Of a stretch of DNA of 64,000 nucleotides, positions 26,908-37,009 are shown one piece after another. The notes under the pieces are model-generated. The model did no database searches. It was not told the origin of the DNA and saw only the letters and a program-made list of their open reading frames with translations. The position numbers were made by a program, and so were the translations under genes. Source of the stretch: an uncultured Spirochaetota bacterium (lineage in GTDB: Bacteria > Spirochaetota > Spirochaetia > SZUA-6 > Fen-1364). Each line of letters starts with the position of its first letter. The stretch's first letter is position 1. The DNA is taken from assembly GCA_963845535.1 (NCBI GenBank), contig CAWJSK010000023.1:32001-96000 (forward strand), given 5' to 3'.

Positions 26908-27540
26908 TCAGCGGGGCTGCCGGGAGGACCTGCTTCCGATCCCGTACTCCGGGCGCACGACGGTCTTCTCCACGATCTCGGCCTCCGTCTTTCTCAAGCC
27001 CCGCTTGCTTTTCAGGAGTATCTTCACCGACTCGAAAAAAATATGCGGATAGCTTCTCTTGATCTCCACGGCGGGGACGGGGATGATGTGCTTCCCCTGT
27101 TCGGCGCGGATCTTCAAGGCGCGCGTGATTTCCTCCCGTGTGGAGACCTCCTCGATCCTGATAACGCGGTGAATTGGGGGAAGACCGAGCGTGGTGACGA
27201 TCCTCTGGAGCATCTTGGTGGAGGTGCAGATCACGAGGATGCGCGAGTAGCTCCCCTGGGAGATCGCCGCGCGCGCCTCCGCTATCTGGTCGGGGTTGGC
27301 GAACACGGCGGTCTTGATGGCGCTCAGGATCCCTTTTTCCCGCTTTGCCGACCTGCCGGCAACGATGTTCGGGCCGCGGATCAAGAGACCATCGTCAATG
27401 ATGAGGTCGATGCCGAACCTGCGCGCCACCTGGCGCGCTTTGAAGCTCTTGCCGGTTCCGCTTTTTCCCACGAGCCCGAACGTGCGCGGCTTGCGGGCAA
27501 GCCAGGGGAAGAGTCGTTTGAGAGTCTGGAATGGTTTCAT
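26908..27540 (-). CDS. Uncharacterised P-loop NTPase
   Basis: GKSGTGKS, IIDDGLLI, AGRSAK, GKHIIPVP, EKTVVRP. Confidence 0.78.
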   Translation of the reverse strand: MKPFQTLKRLFPWLARKPRTFGLVGKSGTGKSFKARQVARRFGIDLIIDDGLLIRGPNIVAGRSAKREKGILSAIKTAVFANPDQIAEARAAISQGSYSRILVICTSTKMLQRIVTTLGLPPIHRVIRIEEVSTREEITRALKIRAEQGKHIIPVPAVEIKRSYPHIFFESVKILLKSKRGLRKTEAEIVEKTVVRPEYGIGSRSSRQPR

Positions 27541-27599
27541 GCGGCGCAGGCCCGGTCCTCACCCAAAGGATATACCGGGCCTGCCCACAAGAGCCAGCC

Positions 27600-29015
27600 T
27601 TACGCCGCGCTGGGCGTAGGGGCGAGGTTCAGGCGCCGCAGCCAGGCCAGGTAGTCGCGTTCCACGCGCTGCCAGCGCCTGTTCAGGGCGTGCGCGTAGA
27701 CCCCCACGAGGAATCCGCCGACTCTCCCTCGCAGGAGGCGGGCAACGACCCGCATGAGCGCATAGAACCTCGTGTGCGCGTCAATCTGGGCGCGCTGCAG
27801 CTCCCACGGGGTAAAGCCCCGGGGCACGAACTTCACGTGGTGGGCGTCGAAGGTGTCCCATTCCGTGTCGAGGAGCCTGCCTTCTTCGAGCATACGGGCG
27901 TAGAAGCCGGAACCGGGAAGCGGAGTCAGGATCATGAACTGCGTCGAGTCGATTTTTTCGGCAATGGCGAAATCAACGGTGGCCCGGGCGCTGTCCGGGG
28001 TGTCCGAATCGAAGCCGAACACGAACATCCCGTGCACGTGAATCTTGCGCTTCCTGACCTCGCGGATGGCGAACCGGATGTCCTCCACCGACTGGCTCTT
28101 TTTCATTTCCTTCAGCGCCTTCGGGTCCACTGACTCGAAGCCTATGTACAGCGACGTGCACCCCGCCTTCACCATCAGGTCGAGCATTTCCGGATCTTTG
28201 GCGATGTCGGATCGCACCTGCGTGGACCATTCGAAGCCCAGATTGCGCCGTATCATCTCCCGCAGCAGCTCCTTCGTTTTTCGGGGGTTGGCGGCAAAGT
28301 TATCATCATAGAAGAAAATGATATTCTCGCTCGGGTTGTACTGGCTGAGCTCTGCAATGACGTTCTCCGTGGACCGATGGCGGTATCGTTTGCCGAACAT
28401 GCCCGTGACCGAGCAGAAGGTGCAGTCGAAAGGGCAGCCTCGCGAGGTCTGCATGGGGATGGTGGAGCGGCCCGGCCCCTGTATGCCCATTTTCGAAAGC
28501 GAGCCCATGTCGAGCAGGGAGAAATCAGGAAACGGCAGCGAATCCAGGTCCTCCACCGGAGGCGCCTTGGGATTTTGGCGCACCGTTCCGTTGTCCCTCC
28601 AGACAAGGCCCGGCACGTCGGCGAAAGAGCCGTTCCCGTTCAAGGCTTCGGCGAGGAGCGGGAAACCCGCCTCTCCTTCGCCGACAATGACGTAGTCTCC
28701 GTGCTCAAGCGCCTCTTCGGGAAGGAAGCTCGCGTGCGGGCCGCCGTAGACCACGAGCTTTCCCTGCGCGCGGAACATGTCTCCCAGCTCATAGGCGCCG
28801 CGGGCGGTCGGCGTGATGGTGGAGATTCCCACCAGGTCCGCATCCGTCTGCCGGGCGCGCACCTCGTCGGTCTCCATGTAGAGCGCTTCGCTCTGATACC
28901 CACGCTCCTTCATGATCGTGGCCAGGAGAACGCCGCCAAGACGGGGCATCGGGTATTGGGAATAGATGTGCAAGTGAGCATTCTTGGGCTCGATCATGGT
29001 GATTTTCTTTATCAT
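27600..29015 (-). CDS. Cobalamin-binding radical SAM protein
   Basis: B12-binding N-terminus (GGPHAS, GEGE); RGCPFDCTFC; SD GGAGGGG. Confidence 0.93.
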   Translation of the reverse strand: MIKKITMIEPKNAHLHIYSQYPMPRLGGVLLATIMKERGYQSEALYMETDEVRARQTDADLVGISTITPTARGAYELGDMFRAQGKLVVYGGPHASFLPEEALEHGDYVIVGEGEAGFPLLAEALNGNGSFADVPGLVWRDNGTVRQNPKAPPVEDLDSLPFPDFSLLDMGSLSKMGIQGPGRSTIPMQTSRGCPFDCTFCSVTGMFGKRYRHRSTENVIAELSQYNPSENIIFFYDDNFAANPRKTKELLREMIRRNLGFEWSTQVRSDIAKDPEMLDLMVKAGCTSLYIGFESVDPKALKEMKKSQSVEDIRFAIREVRKRKIHVHGMFVFGFDSDTPDSARATVDFAIAEKIDSTQFMILTPLPGSGFYARMLEEGRLLDTEWDTFDAHHVKFVPRGFTPWELQRAQIDAHTRFYALMRVVARLLRGRVGGFLVGVYAHALNRRWQRVERDYLAWLRRLNLAPTPSAA

Positions 29016-29065
29016 TTCCCCCTCCGGTTAACTAGAACGCAGTCGATTAGGTTCGTTTAGCAGAC

Positions 29066-29094
29066 AACATATACGTATACGTATGGTTTGTCAA
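29066..29094 (-). promoter_or_regulatory. Promoter TTGACA-N17-TATGTT with perfect 14-bp palindrome ATACGTATACGTAT (putative operator)
   Basis: Palindrome 29071-29084 fills most of the -35/-10 spacer. Confidence 0.7.
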
Positions 29095-29123
29095 GAGACA
29101 CGGAGAGGGGGGAGAAGAAAAAG

Positions 29124-30062
29124 CTATTTCTGATCGATGATGACCCGCACGCCTTCGACGATCTTTTCCGTGCTTTTCGACACGGCCAGGAGGCTCTTGG
29201 AGATCTCTTCCAGGTTCTTCACCGTGGCATCGAGGCTCTGCGACACCTGGGGGGAGCTCAGCGTGGAGATGACGGACTTCTGCGAGGTCAACTCGGTGAC
29301 CGCCCCTTGGATCTGGGCGGAAGTCTGGCGGATGTTCTTCATGGAAGCGGCAAGATCATCCGAGCTGGAGTCCAGGTTGGTTTCCATTCTCGCCACCAGC
29401 CGGTGAGTGGTGACGGCTACGTCGTCCACGGTGGCCTGAAGCTGATCCACGGAGGTGGCGATCTGGTTGGCAAGCTTCGGGACCGAGTCCGTGAGCTGGA
29501 CCGCCCTGTCCGTGACGATGCGCACGTTCTCCGCCGTCTTCTGGACGTCGCGGATGGTGGAATCCAAAGCGCCCTGATTCTTCTTCAGCATCCCGACGAT
29601 ATCCTTGATGCTCGAAGCGACGTCCGACACCATTCCCATTGTGTCCCCGCCAAGGAGGTCGGTGAGGCTGAAGAACGGCTGGCCCTCGAAAAGCTGCCCT
29701 TCCTTGGCCGGCGGAGCGTCGATGGGCCCCGGGTGCTGCTCGATATAGACGTCCCCCAGGATGCCCTTGGAAACGAGGGCGAACTGGTCGGACTGGCGCA
29801 CGATCTGCGCGGGCTTGAAAGTCAGCGTCACGATCACGGTCTTCTCATCCGGCGCCGGGGTCAGCGCGGTGACGGAGCCGACCTTGATTCCCGCCTTCCT
29901 GACCCAGGCTCCCGTGTTCAGGTCCCCGATGCTCGGGAAGTGCACGCGCACGGAGATCCCGTGACTGAACTGGAAGTTGTTCATGAGCAGAAAGAGGAAC
30001 GTTGCGGTTGCCAGCGCGACGATGACGATGACGATGACCCGGATGATCTTATTGGCCTTCAC
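29124..30062 (-). CDS. MlaD/MCE family protein
   Basis: TM anchor; MCE motif GDLNTGAWVRKAGIKVGSV, GILGDVYI. Confidence 0.9.
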   Translation of the reverse strand: MKANKIIRVIVIVIVALATATFLFLLMNNFQFSHGISVRVHFPSIGDLNTGAWVRKAGIKVGSVTALTPAPDEKTVIVTLTFKPAQIVRQSDQFALVSKGILGDVYIEQHPGPIDAPPAKEGQLFEGQPFFSLTDLLGGDTMGMVSDVASSIKDIVGMLKKNQGALDSTIRDVQKTAENVRIVTDRAVQLTDSVPKLANQIATSVDQLQATVDDVAVTTHRLVARMETNLDSSSDDLAASMKNIRQTSAQIQGAVTELTSQKSVISTLSSPQVSQSLDATVKNLEEISKSLLAVSKSTEKIVEGVRVIIDQK

Positions 30063-30807
30063 TGACCTTCTCCTGGCGGATTCTCTCGCGGTTTTCGATG
30101 AAATGCTCGTAGACGGGCGAACCTTCCCGAAACGCCTCTTCCCGCGTCATGAACGCGACAATGCGGCCATCCTCCAGCAGCGCGATCCGGTCCGCGATGT
30201 AGCGCGTGAGATCGATGTCATGCGTGACGACGAGGGAGGTGATGTACCGCTCGGATTGCAGGCGCATGATCATGGCTTCAACGACAGCGGAGGAGGACGG
30301 GTCGAGCCCCGCGGTGGGCTCGTCGTACAGGAGGTAGCGCGGCTCCAGGATCATGGCGCGGGCAACGGCAACCTTTCGCTTCATGCCGCCGGAGAGCTCC
30401 CGCGGCATGGCGTTGGCGTAGTCTCCCATCCCCACGAGGTCCAGGTACGCAAAGACCTTGCGGTGGATCTCCTTGGGAGGGTGGAGCTTGTGGTAGGACA
30501 GCGGGAAGGCCACGTTCTCGAACACGGTCATTGAGTCGAACAGCGCGCCTTCCTGGAAAAGCATTCCCGTCTTGCGCCGGATGCGAGGCATGTCCTTGCG
30601 CTCCGCGCCCACCACCTCGTCTCCGTCGATCGTGATGCTGCCCTCCTGGGGGGGGAGGAGGCCGGTGATGCACTTCAGGAGGACCGATTTTCCGATTCCG
30701 CTCGCCCCAATGACAACCGTCGTGAGAGACTCTTCAATGGTCAGGTCCAGGTCCCGAAGGACCGACCTCGACGGGAACCCGAACGTAAGCTCGCGGATGT
30801 TTATCAC
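30049..30807 (-). CDS. MlaF-like ABC ATP-binding protein
   Basis: GASGIGKS, FQEGALFDSM, LSGGMKRKV, YDEPTAGLDP; GTG start 30807. Confidence 0.92.
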   Translation of the reverse strand: MINIRELTFGFPSRSVLRDLDLTIEESLTTVVIGASGIGKSVLLKCITGLLPPQEGSITIDGDEVVGAERKDMPRIRRKTGMLFQEGALFDSMTVFENVAFPLSYHKLHPPKEIHRKVFAYLDLVGMGDYANAMPRELSGGMKRKVAVARAMILEPRYLLYDEPTAGLDPSSSAVVEAMIMRLQSERYITSLVVTHDIDLTRYIADRIALLEDGRIVAFMTREEAFREGSPVYEHFIENRERIRQEKVSEGQ

Positions 30808-31586
30808 ATCTGGCTCCAGCCCGTGAGCTGGTCCATGACTCCGTAGAGGCAGTCGATGCAGATCACGAAGATGAAGTTGAGCACGATGGACTTCGTGGTT
30901 GTCCGGCCCAGCTCCACGGCGCCTCCGGTGAAGTGGAACCCCAGCCCGCAGGCGTTGATCGAGATGAAGAACGCCATGATGGCTGAGCGGATGTACGAGT
31001 TGGTGAGGATGGGATAGCGGAGGATCTGGAAGACGTGCTGGAGGAAGATCGTGTAGGACACGTCGAACCACCACCGCACCGCCACCATGGCGGCAACGAT
31101 GGCCGCCCCCTGGCTGATCATGTTGAGGATGACGAGGCAGATGATGGAGGCCAGGACGCGCGGGATGACGATGTGCTGCACCGGCTCCACCGCCATGAGC
31201 CGCAGGGCGTCCAACTGCCCGCTCATCTGCATGGAACCGATCTCCACGGTGAAGGCCGTCCCGATCTTGGCCGCGAAAATGAGGCCCCCGAACATGGTCA
31301 CGGCTTCCGAGAGCAGCAGGTAGACGGTGGCCGCGCCGGTCCAGTTCACGACGCTGAACTTCAGGCCGTTCCAGCCCGCGGTCCACGCCATGATCAGGCC
31401 GATCACGACGGCAGTGACGGTTGTCACCGCGGCCGCGTCCAGCATGACGAGCACGATCTGATTGCCGAGCTGGCGCACGGGGAAGGGCTCCCGGAAAAGC
31501 CAGTAAAAGAAGTTTCCGTACATGCTGGCCGCCGATTTGCCGGCGTGCAGCCATTCTCCCGTTGCCTCGTTCTTTTCCCGTGCCAT
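30804..31586 (-). CDS. MlaE-like ABC permease
   Basis: KIGTAFTVEIGSMQMSGQLDALRLMAVEP, IVIPR, GGAVELGRTTTKS; ATG 31586. Confidence 0.9.
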   Translation of the reverse strand: MAREKNEATGEWLHAGKSAASMYGNFFYWLFREPFPVRQLGNQIVLVMLDAAAVTTVTAVVIGLIMAWTAGWNGLKFSVVNWTGAATVYLLLSEAVTMFGGLIFAAKIGTAFTVEIGSMQMSGQLDALRLMAVEPVQHIVIPRVLASIICLVILNMISQGAAIVAAMVAVRWWFDVSYTIFLQHVFQILRYPILTNSYIRSAIMAFFISINACGLGFHFTGGAVELGRTTTKSIVLNFIFVICIDCLYGVMDQLTGWSQM

Positions 31587-31596
31587 GCAGCGCAGA

Positions 31597-31683
31597 ATAG
31601 TAGTAACGTGGCGAAGGGGTGTCAAGGATTGGCACGCGTCGCGCACCGCGCGCCTTGACAACGGGAGGGCATCACGCGAAACT
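31597..31683. promoter_or_regulatory. Divergent sigma70 promoters: TTGACA-N17-TACTAT (-) and TTGACA-N17-GAAACT (+)
   Basis: (-) 31625-31597 with ATG 10 nt downstream; (+) 31655-31683 with ATG 6 nt downstream. Confidence 0.6.
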
Positions 31684-31689
31684 CCACCG

Positions 31690-32172
31690 ATGCTCTCTCA
31701 CGGCGCCGTGGACCTCCTGTCGAAGGCACTTTCAAGTCCGGTGTTCCTTTCCGCCTTCTCCAGCTGGTTCATTGCGCAGGTGTTGAAGTCATGCATCATG
31801 CTCGTGCGCAACAGGCCGCGCACGGCCAAAGAGATACTCCTCAACATCTTCTGGTCCACGGGAGGCATGCCGAGCAGCCATTCCGCCGTTGTCTCCTCTC
31901 TTGCCACCGCCGCGGCCTTCGTGGAGGGCGTCGATTCCACGCTGTTCATCGTGACGCTCTTCTACGCGCTTCTCACGTTCCGTGACGCGCTGGGAGTGCG
32001 GCGGGCCGCCGGCCATCAGGCTCGCGTTCTCAACCAGCTCATCCGCGACCTCGGAAAATACCACACTCTCAGGAGCAAGCCAGTGAAGGAGATCCATGGC
32101 CACACGATCTCGGAGGTTTTTGTCGGCGCCCTGCTGGGGTTCTTCATAGCGGTTGCGTTCTGCACGCTGTGA
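31690..32172 (+). CDS. Divergent PAP2 family protein (DUF212)
   Basis: AQVLK, GGMPSSHSA, DALGVRRAAG, HGHT motifs. Confidence 0.92.
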   Translation: MLSHGAVDLLSKALSSPVFLSAFSSWFIAQVLKSCIMLVRNRPRTAKEILLNIFWSTGGMPSSHSAVVSSLATAAAFVEGVDSTLFIVTLFYALLTFRDALGVRRAAGHQARVLNQLIRDLGKYHTLRSKPVKEIHGHTISEVFVGALLGFFIAVAFCTL

Positions 32173-33872
32173 GCCGCGCGCCAGCCCGGGGAAGGCCGGC
32201 CTCGCGCCAGCCAGCCCCTCAGAAGCGTCCCCGAAAGGCCGCGAAGCGGCCAACTCCCTCCCCGTCCCGGCGTCCGCGCCCTCGGTCGCAGGCGCCACGG
32301 CTGCCCGTCGAAGCGCCGCAGAACGGCGGACGCCCCGCGCTCGGGGCGCGGACACTGCTCCCCCTGGCGGCGGGAGCCGCCCTGGCCCTTGCCATCCTCT
32401 GGATCCCCTTTGCGCCTTTCGTGTCCCCGAAGCCGAGCCGGGTCTGGCGCGGCTATCACACCATTCTGGTCCGCGAAGGAAGCCACGCGGACGCGCTCCT
32501 CTCTCTTGCCGCGGCCCGGCTTGGCCCCGGGGTCATTTCAGAGCCTACCGCGACTGTTGACTTCTACGATTTTTCCTCCAGCATTCGCTTCCCCTACGCC
32601 CAGCTCGCAAAGCGCCTCGACTCTCTGGACCCGCGGCGCGACCCGTATATCGACCGAATGGCGGGCTTTTTTTCCTTTCCTGACGGAGCCGAAGAGCTTC
32701 ACGCGCTGTACGTCCCCGCGCGCTCGACGTCCTTTGCTCTCTTCATGAGACTGTGGCGTCTCTGGGGCCCGTGCGGGAGGGACACGTGGCGGCTTGCTGA
32801 TTTCGATCCCCTTGAAAAGTTGCTCAGTGTCCTTGCCCTGACAGGCTTCGCAACTGTCATGACGCTGGGGGGCGGGAAGCGTCGGCGCGGCTCGCCGGCT
32901 TTGGCGTTTGCGGCTTCCCTTCTCTGGCTCCCCGCCATCCTCGCGGGAGGCCCGTCCGTTCTCGCGCTCTGTGTCCTCCTCCTCAGCTTCCATCTCCCTC
33001 TTGTCCGTGCGCGGCTTGCCGCTCCCGGAAAAGGCCCCACTGACTTACGGAAGACAAAGGACCCTTTGTTCCTGTATCTCGGGGCAGGCGCGCTGGCTCT
33101 TGGCGTGTTTTTCGTCCTGAATGGCTGCTCGCTTGCTCTGCTGATCCAGCCGTTGGCGCCGTTTGCGTGCTCTCTGCTCCTGGTCCTGCTCGTTCCTTTT
33201 TTCTCGAGAGTTGCCGAGGGCCGGCGCAAGGCCATGGTGTTCGCGCCAGTCCCCATCCTCAAGAACGGAGCGGATCAGGGGAAGGGGAGGCAGAAAGCGC
33301 TGGCCCTGGCACTTTTTTCCATTATTTTTGTCGTTCTTGTGCCGCTCTTGCGGGATGGCGCATTCCCAGCGCCTGTCCCGGTCTGGGGGGCGCGGGGTTT
33401 TTCCTGGGACGCCGTGGCCAGCCTCCAACGGGGGCCAAAGGCGGACAGGTTGCCGGACTTCTCCGACTTCGTGGCTCATGAGGCCTACCAGCAGACGCTG
33501 GGTCTCGGCAGGAAATGGAAAGAGCCCGTTCGTGATGAGAGGATATACTATCGCGAATACCTCGTTGACCCCGCCTCCGGCGTGGTGCACGCCCGGCTTT
33601 TGACCGTGAAAGTGCTGGATTCGACATGGCTCCGGAGCCTTACGGCGCATCCCGCCCCAACAAGCGTCGAAGCTCTCCTCCTGGCGCAGGGGAGGCCCGT
33701 TGCTGCCGCCGTGCGCGGTCCCGCGCGGGCGCTCGCAGGGGAGCTGGTGTATCTCGCCCTCGTGTTCTGCTCGATTCTTCTTTTGCTCGGATGGGACCTG
33801 CGCGCCGGGCTCTTGATCCGCGGCAATCTTTGGCGCTTAAATGGAGCGGCGCGGCGAGACCAGATCTCATGA
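32169..33872 (+). CDS. Hypothetical polytopic membrane protein
   Basis: Multiple TM segments; coupled to neighbours by GTGA/ATGA overlaps. Confidence 0.7.
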   Translation: MSRAPARGRPASRQPAPQKRPRKAAKRPTPSPSRRPRPRSQAPRLPVEAPQNGGRPALGARTLLPLAAGAALALAILWIPFAPFVSPKPSRVWRGYHTILVREGSHADALLSLAAARLGPGVISEPTATVDFYDFSSSIRFPYAQLAKRLDSLDPRRDPYIDRMAGFFSFPDGAEELHALYVPARSTSFALFMRLWRLWGPCGRDTWRLADFDPLEKLLSVLALTGFATVMTLGGGKRRRGSPALAFAASLLWLPAILAGGPSVLALCVLLLSFHLPLVRARLAAPGKGPTDLRKTKDPLFLYLGAGALALGVFFVLNGCSLALLIQPLAPFACSLLLVLLVPFFSRVAEGRRKAMVFAPVPILKNGADQGKGRQKALALALFSIIFVVLVPLLRDGAFPAPVPVWGARGFSWDAVASLQRGPKADRLPDFSDFVAHEAYQQTLGLGRKWKEPVRDERIYYREYLVDPASGVVHARLLTVKVLDSTWLRSLTAHPAPTSVEALLLAQGRPVAAAVRGPARALAGELVYLALVFCSILLLLGWDLRAGLLIRGNLWRLNGAARRDQIS

Positions 33873-35206
33873 AGAGACAGCGAACACTTCCCCAGGTCGG
33901 CGGGGTGGATCCTCCGTCGGTTGCGCTTTCGTCCGGGGACATCTCCAATGCATCCATCCCCCCTTTCGCCCTCATCCCCATGCTGCAGCATGCGGGCACG
34001 CCGGCCCGGTGTCTCGTGCGGCCCGGAGACAAGGTGCAGGAAGGGATGCTGATCGGAAAGGCGGAGGGAGCCCGCTCCGCCAACGTGCACTCCTCCATTC
34101 CCGGCGCGGTGGTGCGTGTCATCGAGACAAAGGGGGCTGACGGGCTGGCTTGCCAGGCAGCCCTCATCGAGCTCGGCGGGGAGTTCGGCAGGACAGGAAA
34201 ACCCGTTTCGACAAGCGACTGGGAGAAGGTCCCGCGCGCGGAGCTGCTGGGCCGCATCAGCTCCGGCGGCGTAGTGGGGCTCGGCGGCAGCCTTTTGCCG
34301 ACTCACCTCAAGCTGGCCCGGGAGCGCGGCCGGTCGGTCTCATTCCTGATTGCCAACGGCATCGAATCCGAGCCGTCACTCCACGCGGACGTCTGCCTCA
34401 TGAAGGAGAAGAGCCGGGAGATCGCCGTGGGAATGAGGATCTGCCAGAGGATCCTTGACGCGGCTCGCGTCGTTCTGGCAATCGGTGAGTTGCGGGAAGG
34501 AGACCTCGTGCCTCTTTTCCAGGAGGTTTTCACGGACACCGCCCCCGGGTTCGAGATAATGGCCCTTCCCGGGCGCTACCCTCAGGGACACGAAGACCTC
34601 GTGAGGGCATCGGTCCTTGCCCGTGCCGTTTCCTCCAACGGGACCGCCGGCTTTGTCGAGGATGCCGAGTGCGTCGTCCTGAACGTGGCGACCCTTTTCG
34701 CCGTCTATGAGGCCGTCGTCCTTCAGCGGCCGCTCATCGAGCGGTTCGTCACGGTCTCAGGAAGCGCCGTGAGAAGACCCGGCGTGCTGAAGGTGAGGGT
34801 CGGCACGCGCGTCGGAGACCTCTTCGAAGAATGCGGAGGGCTCGTGGAGCCGCCCGGTAAAGTCGTCCTCGGCGGGCCCATGCGGGGCGTTTCGGTTTCT
34901 TCGCTCGACTACCCGGTGACCAAGGGCGTAGCCGGGGTCATGGCCTTTACCCAGGCGGAAGCGCGGGTTGGCTCGCAGCTTCCCTGCATCAGGTGCGGAG
35001 CCTGTGTCGAGGCGTGCCCCTGGCACCTGGTGCCGACCCGCTTGAACAAGCTCATCGAGCGGGGCGCCATCGCCGCCGCGCTCGCCGAAGGGCTTTCCTC
35101 GTGCACGGAGTGCGGCTGCTGCGCGTTCGCCTGCCCCTCGAGGATTCCTCTGGTGGACGGCCTGAGAAAGGGCAAGAAGTTGGGAGCGTTTGACAGCCAT
35201 GGTTGA
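33869..35206 (+). CDS. rnfC: Rnf electron transport subunit C (divergent)
   Basis: QHAGTPA, GVVGLGG, YPQG, GGPMRG, two 4Fe-4S motifs CIRCGACVEACP and CTECGCCAFACP; ATG 33869. Confidence 0.9.
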   Translation: MKRQRTLPQVGGVDPPSVALSSGDISNASIPPFALIPMLQHAGTPARCLVRPGDKVQEGMLIGKAEGARSANVHSSIPGAVVRVIETKGADGLACQAALIELGGEFGRTGKPVSTSDWEKVPRAELLGRISSGGVVGLGGSLLPTHLKLARERGRSVSFLIANGIESEPSLHADVCLMKEKSREIAVGMRICQRILDAARVVLAIGELREGDLVPLFQEVFTDTAPGFEIMALPGRYPQGHEDLVRASVLARAVSSNGTAGFVEDAECVVLNVATLFAVYEAVVLQRPLIERFVTVSGSAVRRPGVLKVRVGTRVGDLFEECGGLVEPPGKVVLGGPMRGVSVSSLDYPVTKGVAGVMAFTQAEARVGSQLPCIRCGACVEACPWHLVPTRLNKLIERGAIAAALAEGLSSCTECGCCAFACPSRIPLVDGLRKGKKLGAFDSHG

Positions 35207-36311
35207 GTCGCGAAGAGACACCGTGCCGGTCCTTGCAGTATCCCCGGCGCCTCACGTCGGCGGGCTTGCTTCCACCGGCCGCCTGAACTGGAGCGTCGCA
35301 TGCTGTCTCGTGCCCGCGGCCGCCTGGGGGGTGTTCGTTTTCGGGCTGGCTGCCCTGCGCGTCCTGGGGGTTTCACTCGGCGCCTCGCTGGCCGCGGAGC
35401 TTCTTACGTCCCTGGCCTGGCGGAGAGTCACCCTCGCTGACGGGAGCGCGGCGGTAACGGGGCTTCTCGTGGGGATGCTGATGCCTCCTGGCGTCCCTTT
35501 GTACGTGCCTGCCGTTGCGTCGGTTTTCGCAATCATCATCGTGAAGCAGAGCTTCGGCGGATTGGGGCGCAACTGGATGAACCCCGCCCTCGGCGGAGTC
35601 GTTTTTGTCCTCTTTTCCTGGCCAAACGCCATGAATAGCTGGCTGCCCGCGCGGGGAGTGGCCGCAAGCGCCGGGATGCTCCCTCCGCTGGGTGCGCTGC
35701 GCGGCGCGCTGAGCGGCGCCCAATCCGCTCACGGCGGGGCTTTGGCCGTGCTGGGCGCCGGGAGCTATCCCTGGAGCACGGCGGACGGCCGGGTGGTTGC
35801 GTGGATCAACGCGCACATCCTCTCCCTGGTGGGGTGGTCTCTCCCGGGCGGGGCTTTCGACATGCTGGTCGGAAATATCTCCGGGAGAATCGGCGAAGTA
35901 TCCATCCCTTTGCTTCTCCTCGGGGCCGCTTACCTGCTGGGCCGCCGGGTCATCCGCTGGCAGGTACCCGTGACGTACCTCGTGACCTTCTGCGTCGCGG
36001 CGCAGGTTTTCGGCGGTCTTCCGATGGGCCGCGGGTGGGCCGCCGGCGGCGCGCTCTTCCAGCTTTTCTCAGGGAGCCTGGTTCTTGGCGCGTTTTTCAT
36101 GGCCACGGATCCCGTGACCTCGCCCCTGACAGGCCGCGGGAAGCTTCTCTACGGACTGTGCCTGGGCGTTCTCTCTTTCTTCCTTCGATATTTCGGGACG
36201 GTGGGGGACGGCGTCCCGCTTGCCATCGTGCTCGGCAACTGCCTCGTCCCCCTCATTGACAAGCTCACGCAGCCGCGGGTCGGTTCCCCGGGAAAGGCAG
36301 TTGCCGGATGA
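35199..36311 (+). CDS. rnfD: Rnf subunit D (lacks FMN-Thr motif)
   Basis: SAAVTGLL, KQSFGGLGRNWMNPA, GRIGEVS, FMATDPVTSP. Confidence 0.9.
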   Translation: MVESRRDTVPVLAVSPAPHVGGLASTGRLNWSVACCLVPAAAWGVFVFGLAALRVLGVSLGASLAAELLTSLAWRRVTLADGSAAVTGLLVGMLMPPGVPLYVPAVASVFAIIIVKQSFGGLGRNWMNPALGGVVFVLFSWPNAMNSWLPARGVAASAGMLPPLGALRGALSGAQSAHGGALAVLGAGSYPWSTADGRVVAWINAHILSLVGWSLPGGAFDMLVGNISGRIGEVSIPLLLLGAAYLLGRRVIRWQVPVTYLVTFCVAAQVFGGLPMGRGWAAGGALFQLFSGSLVLGAFFMATDPVTSPLTGRGKLLYGLCLGVLSFFLRYFGTVGDGVPLAIVLGNCLVPLIDKLTQPRVGSPGKAVAG

Positions 36312-37009
36312 CAAGACCGTCGGGGTTTCTCCGAAAGAACCCGGTCGCCGTGGCGCTGGTCGGCCTGTGTCCGGCGGCCGCCGTCACCGGACGCGTCATA
36401 GACGCCCTGTGGATGTCGCTGGGTCTCGTGTTTGTCCTCGTGCTCACCCGGGTCAGCCAGGCCATCCTCCACGGACTGAACAGTACAGGAGAGCCGCCGT
36501 CGAACAAGGCGCCGGCAACCAAAGGGTGGCTCGGATGCCTGTTCCTCGCCTCGTGCTTCACCGCCAGCTTCGAGCTGATTCTCCAGGCGTTCGCTCCGGA
36601 TGAGAGCGCGAGCCTGGGGATCTATGTTTCGCTCCTGGCCGTAAACTGCATCGTGCTGGACCGGCTGGGGGAGCACGGCGGGCATGGCGCGTCAGGAAGG
36701 ACCGGCGGCGAAATCCTGCGGGCGCTGCAAGGCTCAGCGACAGTCGGAGCAGGGTTCGCCGTTTCCCTGGTGGCAATCTCTCTCGTTCGGGAAATCCTCG
36801 GGTCGGGAACGATCACGCTTTTCCCCGTCGGCTCTTTCGGGGGAACCGTCGTCATCGGGAACATCTCACTCGCGCCGGCGCGCGCGCTCATCTATGCCGG
36901 CGGCGCGTTTCTCTGCCTGGGCTACCTGGCGGGGGCCGCGCGTCTCCTCGGTCGGCGGGGAAGCCGGCCGGAGAATGAGCAAACGGGAACGGAGGCCGGA
37001 CCCGCATGA
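36308..37009 (+). CDS. rnfE: Rnf subunit E
   Basis: NPV...GLCP, LGIYVSLLAVNCIVL, REILGSGT. Confidence 0.88.
   Translation: MTRPSGFLRKNPVAVALVGLCPAAAVTGRVIDALWMSLGLVFVLVLTRVSQAILHGLNSTGEPPSNKAPATKGWLGCLFLASCFTASFELILQAFAPDESASLGIYVSLLAVNCIVLDRLGEHGGHGASGRTGGEILRALQGSATVGAGFAVSLVAISLVREILGSGTITLFPVGSFGGTVVIGNISLAPARALIYAGGAFLCLGYLAGAARLLGRRGSRPENEQTGTEAGPA

Noticed and set aside
10720..33868. Long N-terminal extensions in the ORF track (M23 from 12072, mlaF from 15793 and 31635, rnfC from 33626) as fusion proteins
   Set aside because: The extensions are Arg/Pro-rich out-of-frame read-through of upstream genes; true starts are internal
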